A DNA stretch of 64,000 bases from Pristiophorus japonicus (GCF_044704955.1 NC_091989.1:117118001-117182000); one strand, 5' to 3'; positions 11,462 through 23,020 are shown, counted from the stretch's first letter. Program-made: numbers and translations. The notes: generated by a model not told the origin, from the sequence alone.

Positions 11462-12916
11462 GGGCTCAAAATTGGCCAGGAGTTGCTCCATTTTTTTTGG
11501 AGCAACTTGATTTTTCTGCAGTACCTTAAAAATCCACATTTTGCACATTCAATTTGCGCCAGTGCAAGTGAATTAGTTAGGATTTTTTTTGTTTTGTTTT
11601 TTTTCAAAAGGGGGCGTTACCCGCCACCTACGCCTGTTGTGGCCATTTAGGCCACTTTGGCCAGCTAATAGTTAGCTAACTAACTTAGGCCAGCGTATGT
11701 TGCCACTTGTGAAAACCCTTGCGGAGAGTTAAGAAATCAGCGCAGGTAGGTACATCGGAGGCCAGCAGAACTTAATGACTTGATTAAAGAATGTGAAAAG
11801 GATCAAACAGCTATACAGGACATCATATGACAAAGTTAATTTACTATACAACAGAAGCATTCATGGAAGCTTAAACTACAAAAATAAAAGAAGTAAAAGA
11901 TAGTTGAATTAAATTGCCCTAATCTCACAACTAATTTAAACAACTATTTGTTTGCAATCCAAAATTGAGCCCATATTATCTAAATAAAGTCTACTTCAAT
12001 AAATAAGATATTCTCTCAGTGTTCCACCGTCATTTATGTTCTTCTTTCACAATAGCACCAGGTAAATAGACTTGACAAATGGTCACAAGAGACAAAACAT
12101 ATTTATATAAATTTTTTCAAAATATCTAAATAAAAAATAGTAGTAAGTAAGTCCTACCCTACCTTCAACTTCAGCTCAGGAAGGCAGCGGGCTGGCCTGT
12201 GTGGTGGGCCACTCGGCCTGGGATAGGGGCGGGACGCACCAGCAGCCGGTATCCTACTTTTCAAATTGATTTGACGGACTCAAATGGATATAGTCCAAAT
12301 AATTGTGCATATGGTCTTTCCCAACAACAAAAATAAATACAATCGGCAAAGTCAATCTTTTCCGAATCGGAATCGAGCTTGCTCTTTCCCCGAATGGCAT
12401 GATCTCGATGTTCGGTCCGAACGAGGCATTTTCTCCTGCACCAAGAACATTTTTCCTGCTTCTGTCTCTCAGGCCAGGCATACCTGTAACTAGCATTAAT
12501 TATGCCGAATTCCCATGCTGCAGCACGCACACGCACATCTTCAGCCCGGGAAGGCAGCGGGCCGGCCTGTGCGGTAGGCCATTCGGCCTGGGATAGGGGC
12601 GGGATGCACCAGCAGCCGGTATGATGATAATGATGATCGGGTTCCACACTGCAGCGTGCACACTGAGAGGCTGGGGGCAGGAGCTGCTGCGCATGCACGC
12701 ACACTCCAACGTGCATGTGCAGACGTCCCGGCACTGTTTTAAGCGCGGGACGCTGGCTCCGCCCCTGACACGACTGGCCACCTGCGCGAAGACCCGGGAG
12801 AGGCCGGACAACATCCAAAGTGGGGACCGATTTTTTTTTGGAGCGCTTTTCCCCGCAGAAAGTCGGCGCATCTCCCGTGAGTGTGCTGAAAAAAGGGGTG
12901 GGCCAATTTTGAGCCC
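11462..12916. mobile_element. Non-autonomous PIF/Harbinger element with internal direct repeats and unique interior segments
   Basis: Perfect 16-bp TIR GGGCTCAAAATTGGCC; 3-bp TSD TAT (11459-61 and 12917-19); interrupts a CR1 cleanly. Confidence 0.9.
12169..12622 (+). repeat. Pair of 84-bp direct repeats (12169-12252 and 12539-12622) flanking a 286-bp unique segment
   Basis: cttcagc.c.ggaaggcagcgggc.ggcctgtg.ggt.ggcca.tcggcctgggataggggcggga.gcaccagcagccggtat; 7 mismatches by eye. Confidence 0.9.
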
Positions 12917-13284
12917 TATATCTCTCTGCAGATTCTTTGCATCTTCCTCACAGCTTACTTTCCCACCTAATTTTGTATCATCACCAAATTTGGATACATT
13001 ACACTCGGTCCCTTCATCTAAATCATTAATATAGATTGTAAATAGCTGAGGCCCAAGCACTGAGCCTTGCGGTACCCCGCTAGTTACGGACTATCAACCC
13101 AAAACAGTCCCATTTATTCCTACTCTCTGTTTTCTGTCCATCAATCAATCCTCAATTCATGCTAATATATTACCCCCAATCTCATGAGTCCTAATTTTGT
13201 ACAATAACCTCTCATGTGGCACCCTATCGAATGCTTTTTGAAAATCCAAATACACTACATCTACTGGTTCCCCCTTATCCATTC

Positions 13285-13470
13285 TACTAGTTACATCGTT
13301 AAGTTAAGACGCTCCTTAAAACCTACGTCTTTGACCAAGCTTTTGGTCATCTGCCTTAATATTTTCTTATGTGCCTGAGTGTCAAATTTTGTTTGATAAT
13401 GCTCCTATGAAGCACCCTGGGACATTTTACTACATTAAAGGCGCTACGTAAATGCAAGTTGTTGTTGTTA
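13285..13470 (+). mobile_element. L2-type LINE 3' tail
   Basis: ctccttaaaacctac...gggacattttactacattaaaggcgcta..taaatgcaagttgttgttg; related copies near 31240, 51275 and 60215. Confidence 0.6.
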
Positions 13471-13544
13471 CTATTACTTTAAAACGCATTCACAGCAAGC
13501 AACCACAGGGACAATGATGGCTACCTACAAAATTATATTGTAAT

Positions 13545-13965
13545 TGGTTGGATCAGTTGGTAGCACTCCTGCCTCAGATTCAGAAAGTTTCGGGTTAAAA
13601 CCCCACTAAGTTGTTGAGCTCATAATTTGGGCTGGTACTTCTGTGTTGCATTGTTGGAGGTGCTGCCTTTCAGATGAGATGTTAAACTAAATGGATGTAA
13701 AAGGTTCCATGGCTGTAAAAGTGGAGGAGTAGGGAGTTATTCCAGTGTCCTCCCTCAACATTCCTCCCTCAATAAACAACACGCCATCAAAAATGGCTTG
13801 CCTGATAATTTATTCAATTGCTGGTTGTGGGACCTTGATGTGTGCAGATTGGCTGCAAGGTTTGCCAACGTAACAATAGTGACGACATTTCAAAAGTAAT
13901 TTATTGCGAAGTGCTTTGGGGTATTTTATAGATATAATAAGGTGTTATATAAATGCAAGTTTGTT
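13545..13965 (+). mobile_element. tRNA-derived DeuSINE (SacSINE1/AmnSINE1-like)
   Basis: tRNA-like head (tcagttggtagcact), Deu core (ggaggtgc.gcctttcagatgaga.gttaaac) and L2-like tail. Confidence 0.7.
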
Positions 13966-13999
13966 TTTTCCAGTTGAACATGGGGATATTTTATGCACA

Positions 14000-14184
14000 T
14001 TGTGATGACGCGCTTGCGGCGGTCGGCAGCAACGGGGCGGAAGTGGGGACAGGCCGAAAAATTCGCAAGCTAAATTTGGGTCGGGGCAGCCCATTGACTC
14101 CAACACAGCGGCCACTCGATTCCACCGCATAGCCGCCGCAAATCGGCGGTGACAGGCCTTATTCGGACCCTGAATTTCGCCCCC
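14000..14184. mobile_element. Harbinger terminal fragment
   Basis: CpG-rich, ends CCTGAATTTCGCCCC; resembles 11040-11134. Confidence 0.45.
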
Positions 14185-15103
14185 TACATTTTTAGTAATT
14201 TTAGTAGTTTAGGTTCAATGGTAATAAAAGAATAAATAGTAATAATTGATAGTATTAAAGCTAAATAGTATTCCTGTTGTTTACCTAGTTTTATTACTAG
14301 ACTATGGGCTCAATTTTCCCCAGTGACTTGCGCCGTTTTTTTGGCACGTGCCGCTTTTGTTGGTGTAAGTTAAAAAATTTAAGTTTCCCCAAGAAATCTG
14401 CATCAGCGTAACTGAGTTAGTAACGATTTTTTTTAGGTTCATTTTTTTTGCGTCATATGGGCGTAACCCAATGTCTGCAGCAGTTTTTGTCACTTACGGA
14501 AGTTTGCCCAAAATTAATTTCTTCTAGGTCGGCATATCTGACCACTCCCGAAAAACCTTCTGGTGAGTTAAGAAAAAGCAGCGCACATTGAAAAATCAGC
14601 ACAGAGAGACACAATTGTTTTTCAGCGAAGTTTTTGGACAGAGTCAAGAAGACTTAAATATACATAATAAAGATTTTTTTTTACCTTATAAAGCAGTAAA
14701 TGGAAGTTTGATGGAATTCTGTAACTTTTCATATTCTTTCAACTAACACACTACCACCGAACATCTGCAAACAAGGTTTGCGGGTCGGAGCGTATGCCGG
14801 CAGAATTGGTCCTGCGCATGGACACGGGCTCGGCTGCAAAAGAAGCTCGGGGGGGAGGGGTGAGGGGGGCGGTAGGTGGGGTGCTGTAGAAGACGATTGG
14901 CAGGCATCACAAGAATGAACTACGCATCAAATGTAGCCTGGGGGGGTTGGAGGGGCATGCGGGGGTGGGGAGGGGACTTGTTCCCGGTCACTGCACCAGC
15001 TCAGACCTGGGTGTGGTCCGTACAGATCTGTGGGGAGAGAGAACAAAGAACCTTGTCTTGCCTGCCTGCTGTTTTGAGCTTCTTGCAAAGGTAAAATTTA
15101 AGC

Positions 15104-16324
15104 ATGGGGGCAATACTGACAATGCCATACCTTGTGCAAACCTTTTGCATCCTGGTGCTGCAGAGGAGACAATTGATTCAATGTGATTGCATGAGGAACC
15201 TTGGAGCCCATAGGGTGATGGGCAGGAGGCCTTACCCATCTCTGGTATATCGGGACAGGTATTCGTACCTGCACCTGAGTGATGCAGACTGTGTCAGAAG
15301 GCTGCATTTTTGCAAAGGGGTTGTAACTGAGATCTGTGAGTTGGTCAAATCAGACCTGCACCCGAGAAGCGTCAGGAGGACTGCTTTGTCAGTCAAAGTG
15401 AAGTTTACAGCTGCACTTTCATTCTATACCTACGGATCCTTCCAAGCTACAACTGGGGATGTGTGCGCCATTTCTCAACATGCAACATATATCTGCGTTC
15501 GGCCGGTGACTGCTGCACTATATGCCCGGAGGAATGACTACATAAAGTTCCCCATGACCACCCAGGCAATGCATGACAGGGCTGTGGGCTTCTCCAGGAT
15601 TGCTGGCTTCCCAAAGGTACAGGGCTGCATTGATTGTACCCACATCACCTTGCGAGCACCTTTGGAGGATTCCGAGATGTACAGGAACAGAAAAGGTTTC
15701 CATTCCATTAATGTGCAGCTCATGTGTGACGACATGCATCACATCATGTCAATTGATGCAAGATACCCTGGGAGTACCCATGATGCATTCATCCTACACG
15801 ACAGTGTTATATCTGCTATGTTTCAACAGCAGCCAGAAGGGCAGAGTTGGCTACTGGGAGACAAAGGTTACAACCTTGCCACCTGGCTCATGACGCCCCT
15901 ACGTGTAACCCGGACAGAAGCTGACCATCAATATAACATGTCGCACATTGCGATGCGCAGCATCATGGAGAGGACCATTGGCATCTTGAAGCAGCATTTC
16001 CGATGCCTGGACCATCCCAGAAGCTATTTGCTATACTCCCCTGAGATTGTCATTTAGTTCACTGTTGTGTGCTGCATGCTGCATAACTTAGCCATTATGA
16101 GGCAACAGCAGATGGTAGTAGAAGACCCTCCTGAGGTGAGAGTGGCTGGTGATCGTGACGAGGAAGATGCAAGTGACGAGGAGGAGGAGAAGGACAAGGA
16201 CAAGGAAGCCATGCAACTACCTGAACCCGGAGCATGACGGTGGAGGAGGGCAGGCCGTCATGCCCCTTTAACGATTGCTCGAGCCTTGCGCCAGCAGCTC
16301 ATCCGTGAACGCTTTTCTACCTGA
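15104..16324 (+). pseudogene. Harbinger DDE transposase (HARBI1-like), open for 317 aa then premature TAG
   Basis: GCIDCTH, NRKGFHSINVQ, YPGSTHDAFI, LLGDKGY, MERTIGILK. Homology continues past the TAG at 16055-57 (FTVVCCMLHNLA...RQQLIRERF). Confidence 0.9.
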
Positions 16325-16417
16325 AGGCTCAGTGGCAACTATTCCACATGGATCATGTTTACTGTTTAGACCTGTTCCGTAATGTTGTGTTGTGTTAATG
16401 GAACAAATGATGGAAAT

Positions 16418-17013
16418 AGGAACATAAGAACATAAGAAATAGGAACAGGAGTAGGCCATGCGGCCCCTCGAGCCTGCTCCACCATTCAATAAGATCATGA
16501 CTAATCTGATCATGGATTTAGCTCCACTTCCCCGCCTGCTCCCCATAAGAGCTGTCTATTTCTGTCTTAAACTTATTCAGTGTCTCAACTTCCACAGCTC
16601 TCTGAGGCACCAATTTCTACAGTTTTACAACCCTCTGAGAGAAGAAATTTCTCCACATCTCAGTTTTAAATGGGCGGTCCCTTATTCTAAGATCATGCCC
16701 TCTAGTTCTAGTCTCCCCCATCAGTGGAAACATCCTCTCTGCATCCACCTTGTCAAGCCCCCTCATAATCTTATACATTTCGATAAGATCACCTCTCATT
16801 CTTCTGAATTCCAATGAGTAGAGGCTCAATCTTTCCTCATGTCAACCCCTTCATCTCCAGAATTAACCTTGTGAGCCTTCTCTGAACTGCCTCCAAAGCA
16901 AGTATATCCTTTCGTAAATATGCAAACCCAAACTGCACGCAGTATTCCAGGTGTGGCCTCACCAATACCCTGTATAGTTGTAGCAAGACTTCCCTGCTTT
17001 TATACTCCATCCC
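16418..17013 (-). mobile_element. 5'-truncated CR1 (family A) in the Harbinger spacer
   Basis: Reverse tail aacataagaacataagaaat; SLEFRRMRGDLIEMYKIMRGLD. Confidence 0.9.
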
Positions 17014-17389
17014 CAAATGATTCTTGTTTACTTCAAAAGTTGTGTTAATAATGGAACAAATAATGGAAATGATTCAGTTATAATTGAAAATATATTTTAT
17101 TCAAAAGTTTAACAAATTTTTGTTTGTACTTAACTTTAATAAACATATTCTTGTATCAAACTATAAAGATTTCACTTAAGATCACTTACAAACTCTAAGA
17201 TCACTTAAAAGCTTAAGATCACTTACTAACTTTTAAACTTGTAAATTTACATAACTTATAAAAAAACTTTGAATTTGAGAAAAACAGTTACAACAGTAAC
17301 AACAATAATAATAACAAAAACAACCACCGCAGCAGCAAAGAAAGACTGCGTCCATCTCTCCTCCACCTTATTCTAAGACTGCCCACCGC

Positions 17390-19202
17390 GCTTATTCTAA
17401 GACCGCCCGCCGCGCTTGGTCTTGGTGACTCCACCACCCCTGCCCGCAGCCAGTGGCGCAGTGTTTCTTGGGTTGGTCCCAAGCTTATTTTTTCAGATAA
17501 TGTGCACCTGTTGATGGGTGGGACAGGCGGCAATGTGGAGGGCCCGGCTTGGGGCTCTTCAGAGGCTGGTCTGGGGATTGGAGTGGCAGCGGCAGTTGAT
17601 TCTGTCAATGGGCGCGGGGTCTGGGCCTGTTCCCTTATTGCAGCAGCTAACTCCAAAATTTGCTCCCTCATGTGCCCTGACAGTGTCTCAACTACCTCCA
17701 ACATTCCCTCCCTCATGTTCACCAACAGTGTCTCACCTACCTATGACATGCCCTTCTTCATGTTGAGGACAAGTGTGTCAACTAGCTGCAACATTCCCTC
17801 CCTCATGTTCACTGAGAGTGTTTGAACCACCTGCGACCTTCCCTCCCTCATGTTCACTGACAGTGCATCAGCTACCTGCGACATTCCCTCCCTCGTGCAC
17901 CAAAATGGTTTCACCTGACAGAGATATTCCCTCCCTCATGTTCCCGGACAGTATTCCCATTTCTCGTGAGAGAGTTGTTACTTCTCCCGACAGTCCCGAT
18001 AGCTCATCACCCATCCCACTGATGGTGTCCAGGAGTGATCGGGTAAGGTCAGTGCTCTCTGTATTCATTCCCATCATGTGAACCACATCTGTAAGATCCT
18101 GCACCTCAGGAGAGCGCTGTCGAGCTCTTCTTCCCCTCCTCACCCTGGGTATGGCTCGCAGCATCCCACTGGGACCCGCAGCCTCAAACGGTGGGGCCCT
18201 GGGTATGCCTCGCTGCAATCCCCACCCTCGGATGGTGGGAAACCATGGAATGTCCCACCAACATTCAAACCACTACTCAGGGAAGGGGCTGGCACCTGCA
18301 CCTCCTCCAAAGTGAGTACAAGAGGTGGGGCTTCATCCATCCCCTCCCCCTCACTCTCATGCACTTGGTCTGGAATGTGGGATTGAAAGATGTTCTCCTC
18401 TTCAGGCTCGTCCTCATTTGAATCTTCTTCTGCATCGTCAGGGTTGGCCTCAAGTTCTGCAAAATATAACAGAACAGAGAAATGGTTAGCAGCAGAGGAG
18501 GGGCAGGGTGGGTGGCATGAGTAGGCTCACACAGCGCAGGCAGCAGGCTGATTTGAAGGACCACGATGAATGATAGCACATTGCATCAACCGAAATGTAG
18601 CTGACGGAGACATCCCCATGAACCGAAGCATGGCTCGCCTGTGCAGTACTTAACATTTAGCAAAGACAGGAGTGGAATTTGCAGGACTTACCCTATTGCT
18701 CGAGTGTGGGCCCAGCTTGTGCAGTGGTGGTTGCTTTTCTCCAGGCAGGAGCCATCAGAGCAGCGACCCTCTCTTCCATGGGTGTCTGGATGCAGATTTG
18801 CCGGACCTCCTCCTGTTTGAGTTCTTTCCCGTTTGTTGTGTGCCACTTTCCTCTGCAAAGATGAAAATATAACTTTTTAGAGAGGGTGTCTTTCTGCTGG
18901 GTGGGACATACAGATAGCCACATTTACAATTGCAATTCCAGTGAATAAATGAAAATATTACTTACACTAAATACTTGACCAAGGTCCTGCCACTTCTTTT
19001 TGCACTGGCCTTTAGACCTTGGGGTGGTCACCATTGCACAGTAATCTTCTGCAAGTTGGTTCCAGCGTTTCTTCATTTCTTTGAGTGAAACTTTTATGTG
19101 ACCTCTGCTGGTGTCCAGCTCCTGCCATCTGCCCCCAGTTACAGTAACTAGTGTCTCCACTTCATCCTGTAAGAAATTCTTGGTCCTTGCGCCGCATTGC
19201 AT
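17390..19202 (-). pseudogene. Harbinger Myb/SANT DNA-binding gene, three exons (19202-18966, 18852-18692, 18456 to ~17390), with frameshifts
   Basis: MQCGARTKNF..EVETLV...WNQLA...QCKKKWQDL; exon 2 RKVAHNKRERTQTGGGP. GT-AG sites on the - strand (gtaagt, tttgcag). Confidence 0.8.
17665..17960 (-). repeat. ~45-bp tandem repeat (6-7 units) within Myb/SANT gene exon 3
   Basis: acattccctccctcatgttcac-like unit recurs at ~17701, 17746, 17791, 17837, 17881 and 17924. Confidence 0.8.
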
Positions 19203-19954
19203 CTTGGATTGCAGCTCCGATTTTTCGAGTGATAATTACAGATCTTACACAGCACTCCACGTTCTCACACACACAACTGGCTCTTTAAAAATGGCCGATT
19301 GCAGACCGGGAGCCGTACTGCACATGCGTGCCCAGAGGAATCACATCAAAAATGTCCTTTTTTTTCCCCGCGCATGCGCAGAAAGGGCAGCATCGTTTTT
19401 TCGATGCAGACAGTAGGCTCCACCGCCTGAGGTTACTGGATAGATGGCGCAGCACCAATTTTGAAAAATACAGCGGGGAAACTCGGCACATTTATTTTTG
19501 GAGTACTTCTGGCCTAGAAAAACGGACGTAACTGGCAATACACCAAAAAACGGCTTTGGGCAAAATTGAGCCCTAAATTCGTATTATTTTCCCAGTCACA
19601 CTGTGTGTGCTGAAAGCAGTCTATCTAATTAGCCCAAAGAGACAAAGTGATCCTAGCAATCTAAGAATTGAAATAACTAAGTAATTGTGTGCCACATATC
19701 GGGCAGGCAGCAGGATGGTGGACACAACCTCTGCTCCTCTCTTCCGATTATGTATCCATTTTCATGTCTGCGCCTCATTTGTATTTGAGTGGCAACTTGC
19801 CAGCGTTACTCGTCGCGCTGTTTCTAGGCAGCTCACTGTTTGGGAGGGTGGGAAATTGGCAAGCGGCTGCTTCTTAAAGGGAAGATTGAGTTTTTATTGC
19901 TGGTGTTGAAAGCACGTTTCTGGAGGCAGCCGTTTTATGCACAACAAGGACTTT

Positions 19955-21658
19955 AAGCTAGAACCTCCACTTTTTTTGCCTGCTTAACGCCCATTTAACC
20001 ACTGAAATGATGTATAACGCTCAGATATCGGCCATTTTGGCACAAAATGGAAACTGACGGGCTTTTTTAGGAGACTTATCGCTGAGCGTTATTTTCCCCA
20101 TGTGCTTAATGCCGAGAAAAAATATTATCGCCCGCCCACTTTTTTGGGGTGGAATCAACAGAATGGGCGATTTCAATGCCCATATTATCGCCCAGCGTTA
20201 CTTTCCTCATGGAATTAACGCCAAGATTCAATAATAACACCCGGCGACAGTTTTTTGTCGTAAAGAGCATATTTACCCAAACAAGCGGCCATGGAGATTG
20301 CCCACCGTCAATTTCACCACCTCCGACACATATCGCCCAAAATATCGCCCGCTCAAACAACCGCCCACAAAAAGTGGAACTAAAGCAGTGTGGCTGGCAT
20401 TTGTTAAATCCCACTCTTACGTGAGGAGCTGATATCGGAAAGATTTGCCTGAAAGAGTGCTGATGTGAGTGACAACGCTGACACACTGCTGTGTGTGACA
20501 CACTGCTCAGACATCAATGGTGCCCGTCACCATGGTGCCAGTTAAAGTTTACGTTGATTGATGTAAAGTTGTATTTAACCCTTTCACGGTAAGGAACCAC
20601 CAGTGTGTAACGGTCCAGCTATCTGAGACAATGTACAATAAGGTTATGTTCAATAACAAAAGTTTAATACCAACGTTGGTCTGAAATCACGAGTGACACA
20701 GCCAATAACACCCAACCCCGCCTACATCCCACTTTTCCCACCATTGACATAAATCACATGGTCAACATATCCAGCAACACAGAATACAAAGGCAAAGCAG
20801 GAGCGTGGTCCCCAGCCCTCATACATTACAACAAATTGCATAGACCCAGATGGAGATATAACACAGCCATCACCTGTGCACATGTACCTCACTTTCCCCC
20901 CTCTCTTTCTTCTCCCCATCTCTATCCCTTCCCCTCCTCGCTCCATGGCGCCTGGCCGAGGAGCTCCTCAGGCGGTGCCTCATTGCAGGGGATGAAGGCA
21001 GATGCGGTGGGTGTACGGGTACGGGAGCGGGGGGTGCCAAGGGGGAAACGTTCTCTGATGCAGAAGCAGGATCTTGGTCCTTGCTCTCATCTGTCATTCG
21101 CAGTGGTGATGCGGAACCGAGGGATGGAGTGCGGTGCTCCGGGACCACTGGGAGCCCTCTGCCACCAGTGTTCCTGGCTACCAGATCCAGGGCCTCCTCC
21201 ATCCCTTCCATGTTATATCTTATTTGTTGGACAAAAAATCGGCGCCACCTATGTTCTTGGTGCTGAGTAGGTTTTTTGCTACTAGTGAATCTCCATCGTG
21301 CCTCCCACAACAGTCAGACAAGGTCACACCATAGCCACACACGCTTTCAATGCCTCTGAGCTCCCTCTCTCTCCGTCTCTTCTGCGCATGTCATGATAAC
21401 CCTTGACCTCCTGAAACGCGGGACTCGAGCGTTGCCATGCCGTTGCTAAGCATGGCCACACTTTACTGCAGAAGGTCAAAAAAATGTAATGCTACCGCCC
21501 ATTTGATATCACTCACGGTAACGCCCATTTTCAAAAATGTAAACTTGATGTTTTGAGAATGGGCAAGAAGCCGGTGATCTGAAAACCCATTTTTACCGCC
21601 CACGCTGGAAATAACGCCCATTTTTGGGCGATAAGTTCAAAAGTGGAGGTTCTAGCCC
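19955..21658. mobile_element. Internally deleted Harbinger element
   Basis: TIR (G/A)(G/A)GCTAGAACCTCCACTTTT; TSD TTT. Keeps the transposase 3' end (..EELISERFA*, ~20420-20452) and possible ORF2 remnants on the - strand (20870-21310). Confidence 0.8.
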
Positions 21659-21883
21659 TTTAAGTTTTATTTCTCTGCCTCCTTCCAGATACACTGCAAT
21701 GTTGTCTTATGGGGAGGGCACCCTAGAATGCTAAGGAGGTCTACCTTCCTTGCTAACATCTCATTCTTCTCCATTCTTCACCAGTCATCAAATAAGAAGT
21801 TGGGATGTTGGCTGTAGACTCAATTACCTGACTTCATTTTGTATTGTACTTGTCACTGGGTTTTTGCCAGGAATTCTTGTTAC

Positions 21884-22030
21884 CAATGTTCCCCCTAAGC
21901 TGTGCATGTGCGCAGATACACAGCAATCGGGAAGGTACCGCGCAGGATGATCATAAGCTGTCCCCTCTAAGCATAGTGGCACAGCAAATTTAAAGGTACC
22001 TCGCACAAAAATAATTTAGAGGGAACATAA
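21884..22030. mobile_element. hAT-type MITE
   Basis: TIR CAATGTTCCC.CTAA; 8-bp TSD CTTGTTAC/CTTGTTCC. Confidence 0.7.
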
Positions 22031-22200
22031 CTTGTTCCTCGTAAGCAGCCCTTTAATGGCTGCCTGTAAATGATTCATTGCTCCCTTCTAGCGAGCTCCT
22101 AACATCGAGCCTAATATGGCTGGGCGCTCGCCCACACCATGTAAATTAACCTGACTCCAGCAGATTAGACTGGGTCAACACACTAAGGGTTGGGCGGGTG

Positions 22201-22418
22201 CCCATAACACGCTACCTGTCTAACACCTGTACTTATCTGTAGACCCCATAACACATTAACTGAATAATGCCTGTACCTGTTTGTAGACCCCATAACACGC
22301 TACCTGACTAGCACCTGTACTTATCTGGAGACCCCATAACACTCTACCTGACTAACACCTGTACCTGTTTGTAGACCCCATAACATGCTACCTAACACCT
22401 GTACCTGTCTGGAGACCC
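22201..22418 (+). repeat. ~44-bp minisatellite, about 5 units
   Basis: cccataacacgctacctgactaacacctgtac(t/c)t(a/g)t(c/t)tg(t/g)agac repeated. Confidence 0.85.
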
Positions 22419-22429
22419 AGTCTATCCTA

Positions 22430-22532
22430 ATACAAAAGCAAAATACTGCAGATGCTGGAATCTGAACTAAAAATAGAAAATGCTCGAAATCTCAGTAGGT
22501 CAGGCAGCATCTGTGGAGAGAAAAACAGAGTA
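22430..22532 (+). mobile_element. Penelope-like terminal-repeat fragment
   Basis: aaatactgcagatgctggaatctgaa..aaaatgct.gaaa..tcag.aggtcaggcagcatctgtggagag; related pieces at ~23560-23700 (-), 37825-37900 and 40380-40520. Family assignment from recall. Confidence 0.45.
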
Positions 22533-23020
22533 AGCCTATCCTGTTGAGTGCCATTTGCAAATTGGATTGTACTGCATACTGAAAGCTGCCTGGTTTGCGG
22601 GGTTTTGCATAAACAAGCTCTTTATGACAGGTCATTTCCTTTAAGTTTTTGTTCAGCTATTTAAAGATTATGTGTTTTTTGAGTCCTTGTGACACATGTT
22701 ACACTCAAGTATAATTTTAAATTTATAAAATATAAACTACATTTGGCTGAGATTTACAAGCCTACAGAGCGTTCACATAATCTCAAACTGGAGGACTCAA
22801 GATTTCACAAAACTTCCAGATTGATAAAAACAGCCTTCCTCTGCAGTATCTGTTACCTTGTATAATCTATAGTACCTGTATCATTTTTAATTTTAATTAC
22901 TTGCTGTTGTGATAGAAACAGAAAATGAGCTGTTTTGGTGCAATGTTATCGTTATTTCCACTTTTATACCACCCTTTTAGTTTTGGATATTGATTGTGCA
23001 CCTTTATCTGAGCTTGCCAC

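Larger units (their letters stand above)
11150..13275 (-). mobile_element. CR1 RT fragment split by a Harbinger-type element (pieces 11150-11461 and 12917-13275)
   Basis: [13 protein letters not shown]...KNLQRDI|DRFTEWARTWQMEYNVGKCEVIHFG joins across the insertion. Confidence 0.9.
14306..19573 (+). mobile_element. Near-complete autonomous-type PIF/Harbinger transposon
   Basis: 17-bp TIR GGGCTCAATTTT(C/G)CCCA; imperfect TSD TAT/TAA; convergent transposase (+) and Myb/SANT gene (-). Confidence 0.92.

Noticed and set aside
12254-12496. Helitron helicase fragment (weak resemblance of IPIRKRLTLPIVFIF to KRxQFPVRLAF)
   Set aside because: The diagnostic TINKSQGQ motif is absent and similarity is too weak; left unidentified.
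13545-13615. tRNA gene
   Set aside because: Degenerate tRNA-like head continuous with a Deu core, so it is a SINE.
15104-16057. Domesticated host HARBI1 gene
   Set aside because: Lies within TIRs, next to a Myb/SANT partner, and has a premature stop; it is a transposon copy.
19689-19909. Possible upstream SLC9A5 exon (hydrophobic LLVALFLGSSLFG)
   Set aside because: No AVDPVAV or FGESLLND motif and no convincing splice sites.
22201-22418. CRISPR-like array
   Set aside because: Head-to-tail tandem units without unique spacers, no cas genes, eukaryotic context.
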